DNA of 61,225 nucleotides from an uncultured bacterium (GTDB lineage: Bacteria > Pseudomonadota > Alphaproteobacteria > Rs-D84), in contig CATNBF010000005.1 of assembly GCA_950096895.1 (NCBI GenBank), positions 1 to 61,225 of the forward strand. The letters are read 5' to 3'. A model generated the notes under the pieces. It searched no databases. It was not told the DNA's origin and saw nothing but the letters and a program-made list of their open reading frames with translations. Below are positions 53,916-61,225 of this stretch, in pieces (within the stretch, counting starts at the first letter, position 1; every line of letters begins with the position of its first letter). A program made the position numbers and the translations under genes.

Positions 53916-55025
53916 ATGGCTACGTACCAAAAAAGAATTGGCCGGGACGGCACGGTATCATACCGCGCCCTGGTGCGTATTATCGGATTCCCGCCCCAGT
54001 CTGCAACATTTAAATCCAAGACCAAGGCCGCCGAATGGGCCATGCGTACAGAAATCGCCCTGCGTGACGGCAAGTATTTGCCGCAAATGGAATCCAAACG
54101 CCGTACCGTCGGCGAATTAATCGACCGGTATCTGAACGAAGAATTGCCCAAGAAACAAAACAAAAGCCGGGACATTCGTGTCCAACTGGGGATATGGCGG
54201 GATTTAATCGGTCAATATTCATTAACCGCGATCAAGACGGATATTTTAACCGCCGCCTTAAACAAAATTCATGATATGCCAACGCCCCGCGGGCGCACCA
54301 AATCGGCCGCAACGATGAACCGCTATATCGCGGCAATATCGGTTGTGTTTTCTTATGGGTACAAAAGTTTGGACTGGCTGTCCCATAATCCAATGGAAAA
54401 GATACGCAAATACACCGAACCCCGCGGCCGCCAGCGTTATTTGTCGGATGATGAACGTGACCGTTTGCTGGCGGCATGCCGGGAATCTAAAAATCTCATG
54501 CTGTACCCGGTGGTGTTGCTCGCGATTACAACCGGTGCCAGAAAGAACGAGATTTTATCCCTTAAATGGTCGGACGTTGATTTATATGTGCGCCCGGACG
54601 CCGGTATTGCGGTATTACAGGATACGAAAAACGGCGAACGTCGCACCATTGCGATTGTAGAGCCTGCGCTGTCCATTCTGCGCGATATGGCGCGGGTGCG
54701 CGGTGCGGCGGAATATTTGTTTCATGCCTCGCGCCCGGATGCCGCAACCGGACACGCAAACATTCATCACGCGTGGTATGCGGCCCTGCGCCGGGCAGGA
54801 ATAAGTGATTTTCGCTTTCATGACCTACGCCACACGGCCGCGTCATACTATATTCAAAATAATACGTCATTGCGCGAACTGGCGGATATTTTGGGGCATA
54901 AAACCATGCAAATGACACAACGATACGCGCACCTGGCGTCGGATCATCAAATTACCGCGGCCCAGCGTGTGATGACCGACCAGATATTTAAGATAAATTC
55001 CGCCACCACAACCCCCCAAAATTAA
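53916..55025 (+). CDS. int: tyrosine recombinase / phage integrase
   Basis: TGARKNEIL, TKNG, FHDLRHTAAS, LGHKTMQMTQRYAH. Confidence 0.95.
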   Translation: MATYQKRIGRDGTVSYRALVRIIGFPPQSATFKSKTKAAEWAMRTEIALRDGKYLPQMESKRRTVGELIDRYLNEELPKKQNKSRDIRVQLGIWRDLIGQYSLTAIKTDILTAALNKIHDMPTPRGRTKSAATMNRYIAAISVVFSYGYKSLDWLSHNPMEKIRKYTEPRGRQRYLSDDERDRLLAACRESKNLMLYPVVLLAITTGARKNEILSLKWSDVDLYVRPDAGIAVLQDTKNGERRTIAIVEPALSILRDMARVRGAAEYLFHASRPDAATGHANIHHAWYAALRRAGISDFRFHDLRHTAASYYIQNNTSLRELADILGHKTMQMTQRYAHLASDHQITAAQRVMTDQIFKINSATTTPQN

Positions 55026-55170
55026 AAAAATTGGGGGATTTTTAATAAAAAATGAAATTTTTTTGCAAAAAAGTGCCGTTACGCACAAAAAACAGGGGGA
55101 GATATTGGTATTATTATAAGGAACGCCAAAAAAGCGATTCCGTAAATTAATACAAATATGGAGCATCATC

Positions 55171-55401
55171 ATGCAACATCAAACTTTGGGGACACCCAAT
55201 TTAAAAACGGTTTCGCAGTTTTGCGAAGCCAATCCGGCCTTTACCCCGGGCAGCATGCGTAACATGCTGTTCTATCGGGATATGAACGGCTTAATTGAAT
55301 GTGGGGCGGTTGTTTGCCTGGGCAAACGGATCTTTATCGATTGCGACCGCTTTTTTACTTGGTTACGGGGTAACCCGTCCATAACCGGCAGGGGGGAATA
55401 G
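55171..55401 (+). CDS. excisionase-like small DNA-binding protein
   Basis: TVSQFCEANPAFTPGSMR...GKRIFIDCDRFFTWL; lies between int and the rep gene. Confidence 0.7.
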   Translation: MQHQTLGTPNLKTVSQFCEANPAFTPGSMRNMLFYRDMNGLIECGAVVCLGKRIFIDCDRFFTWLRGNPSITGRGE

Positions 55402-55403
55402 AT

Positions 55404-56573
55404 ATGACAAACAAAAATAATGTTGTTGCACCTTTTCCTGTAATTGAACCGTGGGACAGTCCTGTTGACGGGGCTGTCCTTGCGGATGAAATTACGGCCG
55501 TTTTGAACCGCTTTATCTACTTGCCGGCCGGCGCGGCGGACGCAATCGCCATGTGGATATTGCACACATATAATGTCAATATGTTCGATTTTACACCGCG
55601 CCTGTGCGTCCTGTCGCCCGAAAAGCGCTGCGGCAAGACGTCGTTGTTGATGCTGATAGAACAGCTGTCGTTTAATGTTTTGAACGTCAGCGGTATTACC
55701 GCGTCCGCGATGTTTCGCAGTATTGATATGTGGCATCCCACCATGCTGGTGGACGAAGTTGATACATTCATCCGCGGCAATGACGAATTTCGGGGGATTA
55801 TCAATAACGGCTATAAAAAGGGTGGCATGGTTATCCGGACCGAGGTGGTTAATAAAACGTTTGTTCCGAAACCGTTCGCGTGCTATGCGCCTGTTGCCTT
55901 GGCTGGTATTGGCAATCTGCCCGACACAATCACAGACCGCGGGGTTATTATAACCATGCGGCGGCAATCAGGTAAAGCACCATTGCCCAAAATCCGCACA
56001 CGTGAAATCGCTCCGCTTATGCTGGAATTACGGCGCAAATGTCTGCGGTTTATTAAAGATCATGCGGATGAAATATCATCGCGGCGCCCCCGTATGCCGG
56101 ACAGCTTTAATGACCGTGCGGCGGATATTTGGGAACCACTTTATGCAATTGCGTCTGTTGTTTCCCCCGAATGGGAACGCCGAATCCGTGCCGCGTCAAT
56201 CGCATTGATACGAGCGAGCAGGGCAGACGACGGAATGTCCGACACGGAACAGCTGTTATCGGATATTCGCAAGATATTCGCGCAAGAAAACACGGATTGG
56301 CTATCATCGGAAAGCCTTATCGCACGACTGAAAGAAATCGAAGACAGTCCGTGGGGCGAATGGAACCGCGTCGGGTTGAATGTTCATTCATTGGCTGGGC
56401 TTTTGAGTAAACACGGAATACGGCCGAACCAATCACGCGTCGGGGGCAATCGGTCGCGGCGTTATAAATTGGAACAATTCCGGGACGTGTTCGAACGTTA
56501 TTTGCCACCCTTTACCCCGCCAGATTGTGCCAGTGTGCCACCTGATGACGAACTGGCACAGTTGCCTTATTGA
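55404..56573 (+). CDS. DUF3631-domain replication-associated P-loop protein
   Basis: EPWDSPVDGA, SPEKRCGKT, LVDEVDT, DRAADIWEPL, C-terminal SPWGEW domain. Confidence 0.8.
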   Translation: MTNKNNVVAPFPVIEPWDSPVDGAVLADEITAVLNRFIYLPAGAADAIAMWILHTYNVNMFDFTPRLCVLSPEKRCGKTSLLMLIEQLSFNVLNVSGITASAMFRSIDMWHPTMLVDEVDTFIRGNDEFRGIINNGYKKGGMVIRTEVVNKTFVPKPFACYAPVALAGIGNLPDTITDRGVIITMRRQSGKAPLPKIRTREIAPLMLELRRKCLRFIKDHADEISSRRPRMPDSFNDRAADIWEPLYAIASVVSPEWERRIRAASIALIRASRADDGMSDTEQLLSDIRKIFAQENTDWLSSESLIARLKEIEDSPWGEWNRVGLNVHSLAGLLSKHGIRPNQSRVGGNRSRRYKLEQFRDVFERYLPPFTPPDCASVPPDDELAQLPY

Positions 56574-56660
56574 TTCTTGTTGCCACTTGTGACGAATTGT
56601 GCCGGATTAATGTGTTGTAATCACTAATAAAAATCCAATCCGGCACAGTGGCACAATTCA
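56525..56660. repeat. putative replication origin (TGTGCC/GGCACA direct and inverted repeats)
   Basis: At least six TGTGCC/GGCACA units at the 3' end of the DUF3631 gene, including the inverted pair TGTGCCGGATT / AATCCGGCACA. Confidence 0.65.
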
Positions 56661-56794
56661 ATTACCTAAGCCCTAAAAGATGCGAGCCAATTTACCCCCA
56701 AACCCGTATTATTTCCCCGCAAGCGAAATCTTCGCAATGAATCGGAAATCCTAATTTTTTACCCCATTTCCCCGATTAGACCTTATTTTTATAA

Positions 56795-58069
56795 CTATTC
56801 CGGATTTCGTAATTCTTTAACCTTTTGAAAGACTTCCGTACCGGGACCACATTGATAATCCAAACCCTTATAAAATCGCCATGCAACAATTTTCTCTAAT
56901 AAATGTTTAATCGTTTTATTCTCTATTTTGGCAAGATCTCGAACGATATCTGTAACGAACCCAGCATAGCATTCGCACATTAATTTATCGGCTTCTTTAT
57001 TGTATTTTGAGGAGTTTTTTGCCCTTTGAATACACCCATTATAAGTTTCATTATATCGATATTGATAACCGTTTTCCGTGAATATACTATATTTAGTTCC
57101 TTGACCTAATATCTTTACGGACTGTCTTTTTCCGTTTACTATAATGTCTAAATTTGTATCAGCGTAATAGATAAAACATTCGTCGTTTGCTGGCAAAAGT
57201 CTTTGTCCAACTTGGATATTCGTAAATGCGTCACCAGGAATAACTACGTATTCACCCAGACAAAAGCCTTGGTCTCCTTCTTTTTGACGGCATATAGCTC
57301 CCATCCAATGATTAAAATCACCTTGTGTTCGTTTAGCTAGCACATGTACGGAATGAATATCTTTTATACATGCCGAGTTTTCGCTATTGTCAGGTTGGAC
57401 CTCGGTAGTCTTTTTGGGGTTGTTTCGGATGACTTTGCGATTGAGCGTCTTTTTAGGTATATTTTGTAAAACATTACTTGGTATTGCCCTACATTTTGCC
57501 ACTGTTTTTGAATAGAAATCAATATCGTCAAGTTTATTATGATTGTTTATGTACATATCGAGAGTTTTTTCCATGAGATCATTTGTTATGCATGTACATA
57601 AATATTTTGTATCAAATTGGGGCTCGTTTGAATATTTTTTCAAACAACTATCATATGCAAAATTATAAAAATAATTATAACCCCTGCGCGTTGTTATGCT
57701 GTATTTTGACGTAATATCTACCAACGGCCAAAAGTTTTCTATTTTGCCAACAAGTGTCGTTTTTGTTGGCATTTTATTGAGTGAAAAATCAAAGTAAAAG
57801 CACTCGTCTTTCGGGATTTTTATTATTTGACCGATTTTTATATCTGGCATTTGTACCATTGAAATAACAACCCTGCCACCGATACATTTATTTGTATCAA
57901 CATTTTTCACATTGCACGTAGAAGCCCAAGCATATTTTCCGTCTGTATATTCTTTAATGTCATAGACTTGAACCGCGTCAACATTTTCTATACACCATGG
58001 ATCAATATCAGATTCGCGCTCACACGCCGCACACAGTAACGCGGGCAATATCAGTAATGCTTTTTTCAT
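56795..58069 (-). CDS. lipoprotein with internally duplicated Cys-containing domain
   Basis: Lipobox LCAC; two repeats CI.....V.V...W...C...C.G..V.I...DECF...KYSI.T..GY.Y.YN..Y..C...C.C. Confidence 0.8.
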   Translation of the reverse strand: MKKALLILPALLCAACERESDIDPWCIENVDAVQVYDIKEYTDGKYAWASTCNVKNVDTNKCIGGRVVISMVQMPDIKIGQIIKIPKDECFYFDFSLNKMPTKTTLVGKIENFWPLVDITSKYSITTRRGYNYFYNFAYDSCLKKYSNEPQFDTKYLCTCITNDLMEKTLDMYINNHNKLDDIDFYSKTVAKCRAIPSNVLQNIPKKTLNRKVIRNNPKKTTEVQPDNSENSACIKDIHSVHVLAKRTQGDFNHWMGAICRQKEGDQGFCLGEYVVIPGDAFTNIQVGQRLLPANDECFIYYADTNLDIIVNGKRQSVKILGQGTKYSIFTENGYQYRYNETYNGCIQRAKNSSKYNKEADKLMCECYAGFVTDIVRDLAKIENKTIKHLLEKIVAWRFYKGLDYQCGPGTEVFQKVKELRNPE

Positions 58070-58103
58070 TGTTTTTTCCTTCTAGTTTTACATTTTAAAC
58101 TGA

Positions 58104-58403
58104 TTAAATAGTGCCTTCCATGAACTTTTGTTTTAATATATCTTGTTTTATTTGTTCTTTTTCTGTGGCTATAATTTCTCTTTCTTTATAGTCGCCAGGC
58201 TTAATCATTTTTTGTTGCCGTTCACTCCAATACCAACAACCAGAAAGTACATTATAATGTGTTTCCGTCCCGGGATACTTTTTTAGGCATTCAATTTTTT
58301 CATTTTTGTATCTGCCACTGAGAAACCAGCCACCATAAATAAAGGGTAAAACAATCAATATTCCATAGCCTATCATAGTAACATATTCGAAATACTTTTT
58401 CAT
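58104..58403 (-). CDS. small membrane protein
   Basis: Single N-terminal TM; overlaps the upstream stop. Confidence 0.65.
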   Translation of the reverse strand: MKKYFEYVTMIGYGILIVLPFIYGGWFLSGRYKNEKIECLKKYPGTETHYNVLSGCWYWSERQQKMIKPGDYKEREIIATEKEQIKQDILKQKFMEGTI

Positions 58404-59227
58404 TTTTTCACCCCTTTGTCTTGAATATAACCGTCACGAACAAATTTAAATGGCAGTACGACTAAAAATGGAAAATAGAACCAAAATATAATCCATAAAT
58501 AATTCAGCATAGAACAGGGCGGATTCGCATTTAATACCAACCCGCTTATCAGCGCACAGATCGCCCCTAAGATTAACAATAATCTAATATTGCCAGTTTT
58601 TTGTATATAATTAAAATAAATACTAGCCAATAATCTATTTAAGGTAAGTTTATTTTTATTCGTTTTGTGTTTTAATGTTACGACATTTGGTACTTTCCCA
58701 TATTTATTTGTAAAGGGATCTGATGCCCTAAATACAACCCAAGCCGAAACAGCCATACAAATTAATCCTGCAAGACCAAACCACAATACCCAACCCCCTA
58801 TAAAATTAGCTTTACCGATAAATTCTATTATGGGTCTAGCAATATAAATAATAATTGCAAATGTAGGGTTCAAGCCCACATCTCGAAAACGTCGTGCAAA
58901 CAATGCCATAGACGGCAGAAAAAGCAATATCCACAAAATTAGCCCGGCCCATTCGTATACCTGCATTATTATAGCGACAGGAATCATAATACAAACGGCC
59001 GCCCACCAGTATTCTGATAGGGAAGAACGAGTCGAAAAATCAAAATAACCCGAAAAGTAACGACGAAGTGCTACTCTGCATGAAACTTGTTCTTGTCGCA
59101 AACCCTTTTTTGCAAGAATCGCTGCTGTTTTTTTCAAAGTTTTTTTGTTATATCGAACAAGCAAATAAAAGCCCAGTAAAAATATCCCCAAAAATATACC
59201 AAAAATTAAAAATTCCCATGCCGGCAT
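58400..59227 (-). CDS. DUF805 domain membrane protein
   Basis: YFDFSTRSSLSEYWW, LPSMALFARRFRDVG, NKYG. Confidence 0.85.
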   Translation of the reverse strand: MPAWEFLIFGIFLGIFLLGFYLLVRYNKKTLKKTAAILAKKGLRQEQVSCRVALRRYFSGYFDFSTRSSLSEYWWAAVCIMIPVAIIMQVYEWAGLILWILLFLPSMALFARRFRDVGLNPTFAIIIYIARPIIEFIGKANFIGGWVLWFGLAGLICMAVSAWVVFRASDPFTNKYGKVPNVVTLKHKTNKNKLTLNRLLASIYFNYIQKTGNIRLLLILGAICALISGLVLNANPPCSMLNYLWIIFWFYFPFLVVLPFKFVRDGYIQDKGVKK

Positions 59228-59268
59228 TTTTTCTCCTTTTGTTTATCGTAAAAAATGTTTAACAGGCT

Positions 59269-59588
59269 TTATTCAAGCGGAATCCCGTAGACATAATTGC
59301 GTTGAACCAATGCAAACGGGTAAACAATCCATTGGGTATTTACCCCTGTAATGGTCTTGAATTGTCGATACTTGGCACGTTCATCGGGGAGCACCCGTGA
59401 TTTAACTTAAATATGCCAAATAAATAGACGCACGACCCATAATCGCCCCTTTGTAAAATACTCGGGGCATAATAAGTTGGCGCGGTTCCTATATTATCCG
59501 CCGTATAATTCCATGGAATATATTTATCGCTTATTGTGCAACCTGTCATAAATAAAAGACATATAAATAAACAAATTCGTTTTTTCAT
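59269..59588 (-). pseudogene. TRL-like lipoprotein, frameshifted
   Basis: Lipobox MTGC; after CSPMNV another frame continues AKYRQFKTITGVNTQWIVYPFALVQRNYVYGIPLE*. Confidence 0.6.
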
Positions 59589-59606
59589 TTCAACTCCATA
59601 ACGCAA

Positions 59607-59833
59607 TAAAAATAAGACCGTCAGGAAATTGACGGTCGGGGAGTTTGCAAATCAATTTATCAGTGATTCCGCCAGCCTTCCGGATAAACCGTATTTTATA
59701 ACTGGCAGCTCCCCGGCACGAAGTCGGGGGGAATTTTGTAACGACGCAATGTATCGGAATTAATAGATTACGATACCACCGCACCGGATAAATTAGGCTT
59801 GCAACAGCCCCGAACCCAATTCCCATTGGATTC
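59607..59833 (-). ncRNA. structured leader with a P4 CI / P1 C4-like antisense RNA core (59635-59717) and terminator
   Basis: Promoter TTGCTT-17-TAAAAT (59868-59840); closing stem GCCGGGGAG/CTCCCCGAC with two inner hairpins; terminator GACCGTCA/TGACGGTC plus T-rich tail. Confidence 0.6.
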
Positions 59834-59904
59834 AAAATTATTTTACAATGACGTTTCTTGAAAAGCAAATAAAAATAAGCATATATTCAAAAAAGGATTT
59901 TCTA

Positions 59905-60378
59905 ATGAAAACAGCTTTATTTATAATTGGTCTTTTGTCCTCAGTCCTATTTGTTATGCTTCTTTTATTTAAAAGATTCTATCTTGCCAGAGATAATGCC
60001 GCACGATCAAAAATCCAATATTTGGATCCCATCACATCTAATTTGGCAATTATAACATTTATAGCTCTGGGCTTTGTTTTCTTTGGCCAACATACATACA
60101 AAATTGCCACATTACTTTTTGGATTATTTATATATCTTGGTGCAAAAGAAATCTCCGGTACAAAATTAACGCGTTGGAGTGGGACAACACAATTTGATGT
60201 CAATCCGAATAAATGTATATTTTTTCGTGGTCGACTTCAACCCGAAGCCATTAAACTATATTTTACTAGATCTGGTTTAGCTCAAAGTGGCACACAATAT
60301 TTTGTTATTGGTTGGCTTAAATGTTGGGGGACTATACTCATGACAGGTGTTATTCCAGAATTGCTTTATTCAATATAA
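59905..60378 (+). CDS. hypothetical membrane protein
   Basis: AAAGGA RBS, 3-4 hydrophobic segments. Confidence 0.65.
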   Translation: MKTALFIIGLLSSVLFVMLLLFKRFYLARDNAARSKIQYLDPITSNLAIITFIALGFVFFGQHTYKIATLLFGLFIYLGAKEISGTKLTRWSGTTQFDVNPNKCIFFRGRLQPEAIKLYFTRSGLAQSGTQYFVIGWLKCWGTILMTGVIPELLYSI

Positions 60379-60406
60379 AAAAAGCCCAAATACGGGCTTT
60401 AAATTC

Positions 60407-60495
60407 TGGCGGAGCGTATAGGACTCGAACCTATGCATGAGTTTAACCCCATGACGGATTAGCAATCCGCTCCATTACCACTCTGGCAACGCTCC
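60407..60495 (-). tRNA. tRNA-Ser(GCT)
   Basis: GCGGA-TTGCTAA-TCCGT arm, long variable arm, GGTTCGAGTCC, GCCA; own promoter TTGCTT-17-TATACT (60601-60573). Confidence 0.92.
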
Positions 60496-60694
60496 GAATA
60501 ACGATTTTAAGGGGAATTTTTAGCAAACTTGCTATCGTTCGCCTATGGCTCGCTACGCCAATTACAAATATGAGTATACATTACCGCAAAACAAAAAGCA
60601 AGATATAAATTATAGTTTAGCACTTTTGTATTGAAAAAACTGATTAATTTATGCTAAAGCTATAAAGCTCTTAATCAAAAAGGAAGGATTTGTT

Positions 60695-61225
60695 ATGACG
60701 ACAAATAATGCAATTGCATCTATGGCTTTATTTAGTCAACTATATGATAATAATAAAAATATTTATTCCCTGATTTATGAATTTATTAAAATTGCTATAG
60801 CCGTGCAGCGTGTTCATTCGGCGAACACTGCAGAAATTGTTCGTTATGTAAAAGAATATTATGGGTTTGATATGCCAGAATCGCTTTTTAAGACAGCTCT
60901 TGCCCAGGCCATACGAGACACAACAGAAGTAAAATATGATAAACTAAGAAAGCTGTATTTATTTGATCTAGGGGCTATTAATATTGCAGATAAACTGCAA
61001 GAACATGAAGAATTGAAGCAAAGTTATAACTATATATTTATAGAACTTACCAAATTTATTGAAGAACAAACAAAACTTAGTGCTGATATAAATACGGTTG
61101 CTGGCGAATTAGCAGATGTTTTGTTAGATAGGCCTAATGCTGGAATGTATACAGAATTTATATTAAAATATATCGTAGATTTAGAATCTCAAAAAAAAGA
61201 GCAATTAAATAATATTTTAGCAGGT
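60695..61225 (+). CDS. AT-rich hypothetical protein (partial, runs off window end)
   Basis: AAGGA RBS; MTTNNAIASMALFSQLYDNNKNIYSLIYEFIK... open to the end of the window. Confidence 0.7.
   Translation, partial: MTTNNAIASMALFSQLYDNNKNIYSLIYEFIKIAIAVQRVHSANTAEIVRYVKEYYGFDMPESLFKTALAQAIRDTTEVKYDKLRKLYLFDLGAINIADKLQEHEELKQSYNYIFIELTKFIEEQTKLSADINTVAGELADVLLDRPNAGMYTEFILKYIVDLESQKKEQLNNILAG

Larger units (their letters stand above)
53641..60400. mobile_element. P4/PICI-like integrative element (right boundary uncertain, may extend past the window)
   Basis: int-xis-DUF3631 module, ori-like repeats, AT-rich cargo, CI/C4-like RNA; TGGTACA arm-type repeats near 53699, 53710 and 53806. Confidence 0.75.

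Noticed and set aside
59262-59400. 6S-RNA-like stem on the minus strand
   Set aside because: Better explained as the frameshifted coding C-terminus of the lipoprotein (AKYRQFKTITG...VYGIPLE*)

Overview
About 61 kb of chromosome from a host-associated alphaproteobacterium. The circularly permuted two-piece tmRNA supports the class. The Cys-rich surface proteins and gut-type genes (bile salt hydrolase family, rubrerythrin, GT6) suggest a gut lineage such as Rs-D84/Ca. Enterousia, but that is inference only. Intact housekeeping genes (lysS, cspA, mtaB, rpoZ, mlaEFD, tsaB, obgE, prfB with programmed frameshift, amiC, mutY, accDA fusion, adk) alternate with decaying accessory genes: a four-gene chaperone-usher pilus operon, an ABC exporter, a kinase and an MFS transporter. 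There are four intact tRNAs plus a 5' half-tRNA, and from about 53.6 kb a P4/PICI-like integrative element. Main leads: (1) a three-armed CTATGCC palindromic leader found three times, always 23-24 nt after a sigma70 -10 box and upstream of probable surface genes, with arm variants shuffled between copies; (2) a Lys-Lys leader-peptide attenuator ahead of lysS and an adjacent RelA/SpoT-like synthetase gene; (3) a Lon lacking its protease domain and ending in an IGF motif; (4) two inverted Cys-rich surface genes sharing a 183-bp, about 94% identical cassette; (5) a satellite-like element that breaks tRNA-Ser(GCT), is followed by an inverted complete copy, and carries a CI/C4-like RNA; (6) a 258-bp non-coding insert at tRNA-Ser(CGA). 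All calls come from reading the sequence; no searches were run.
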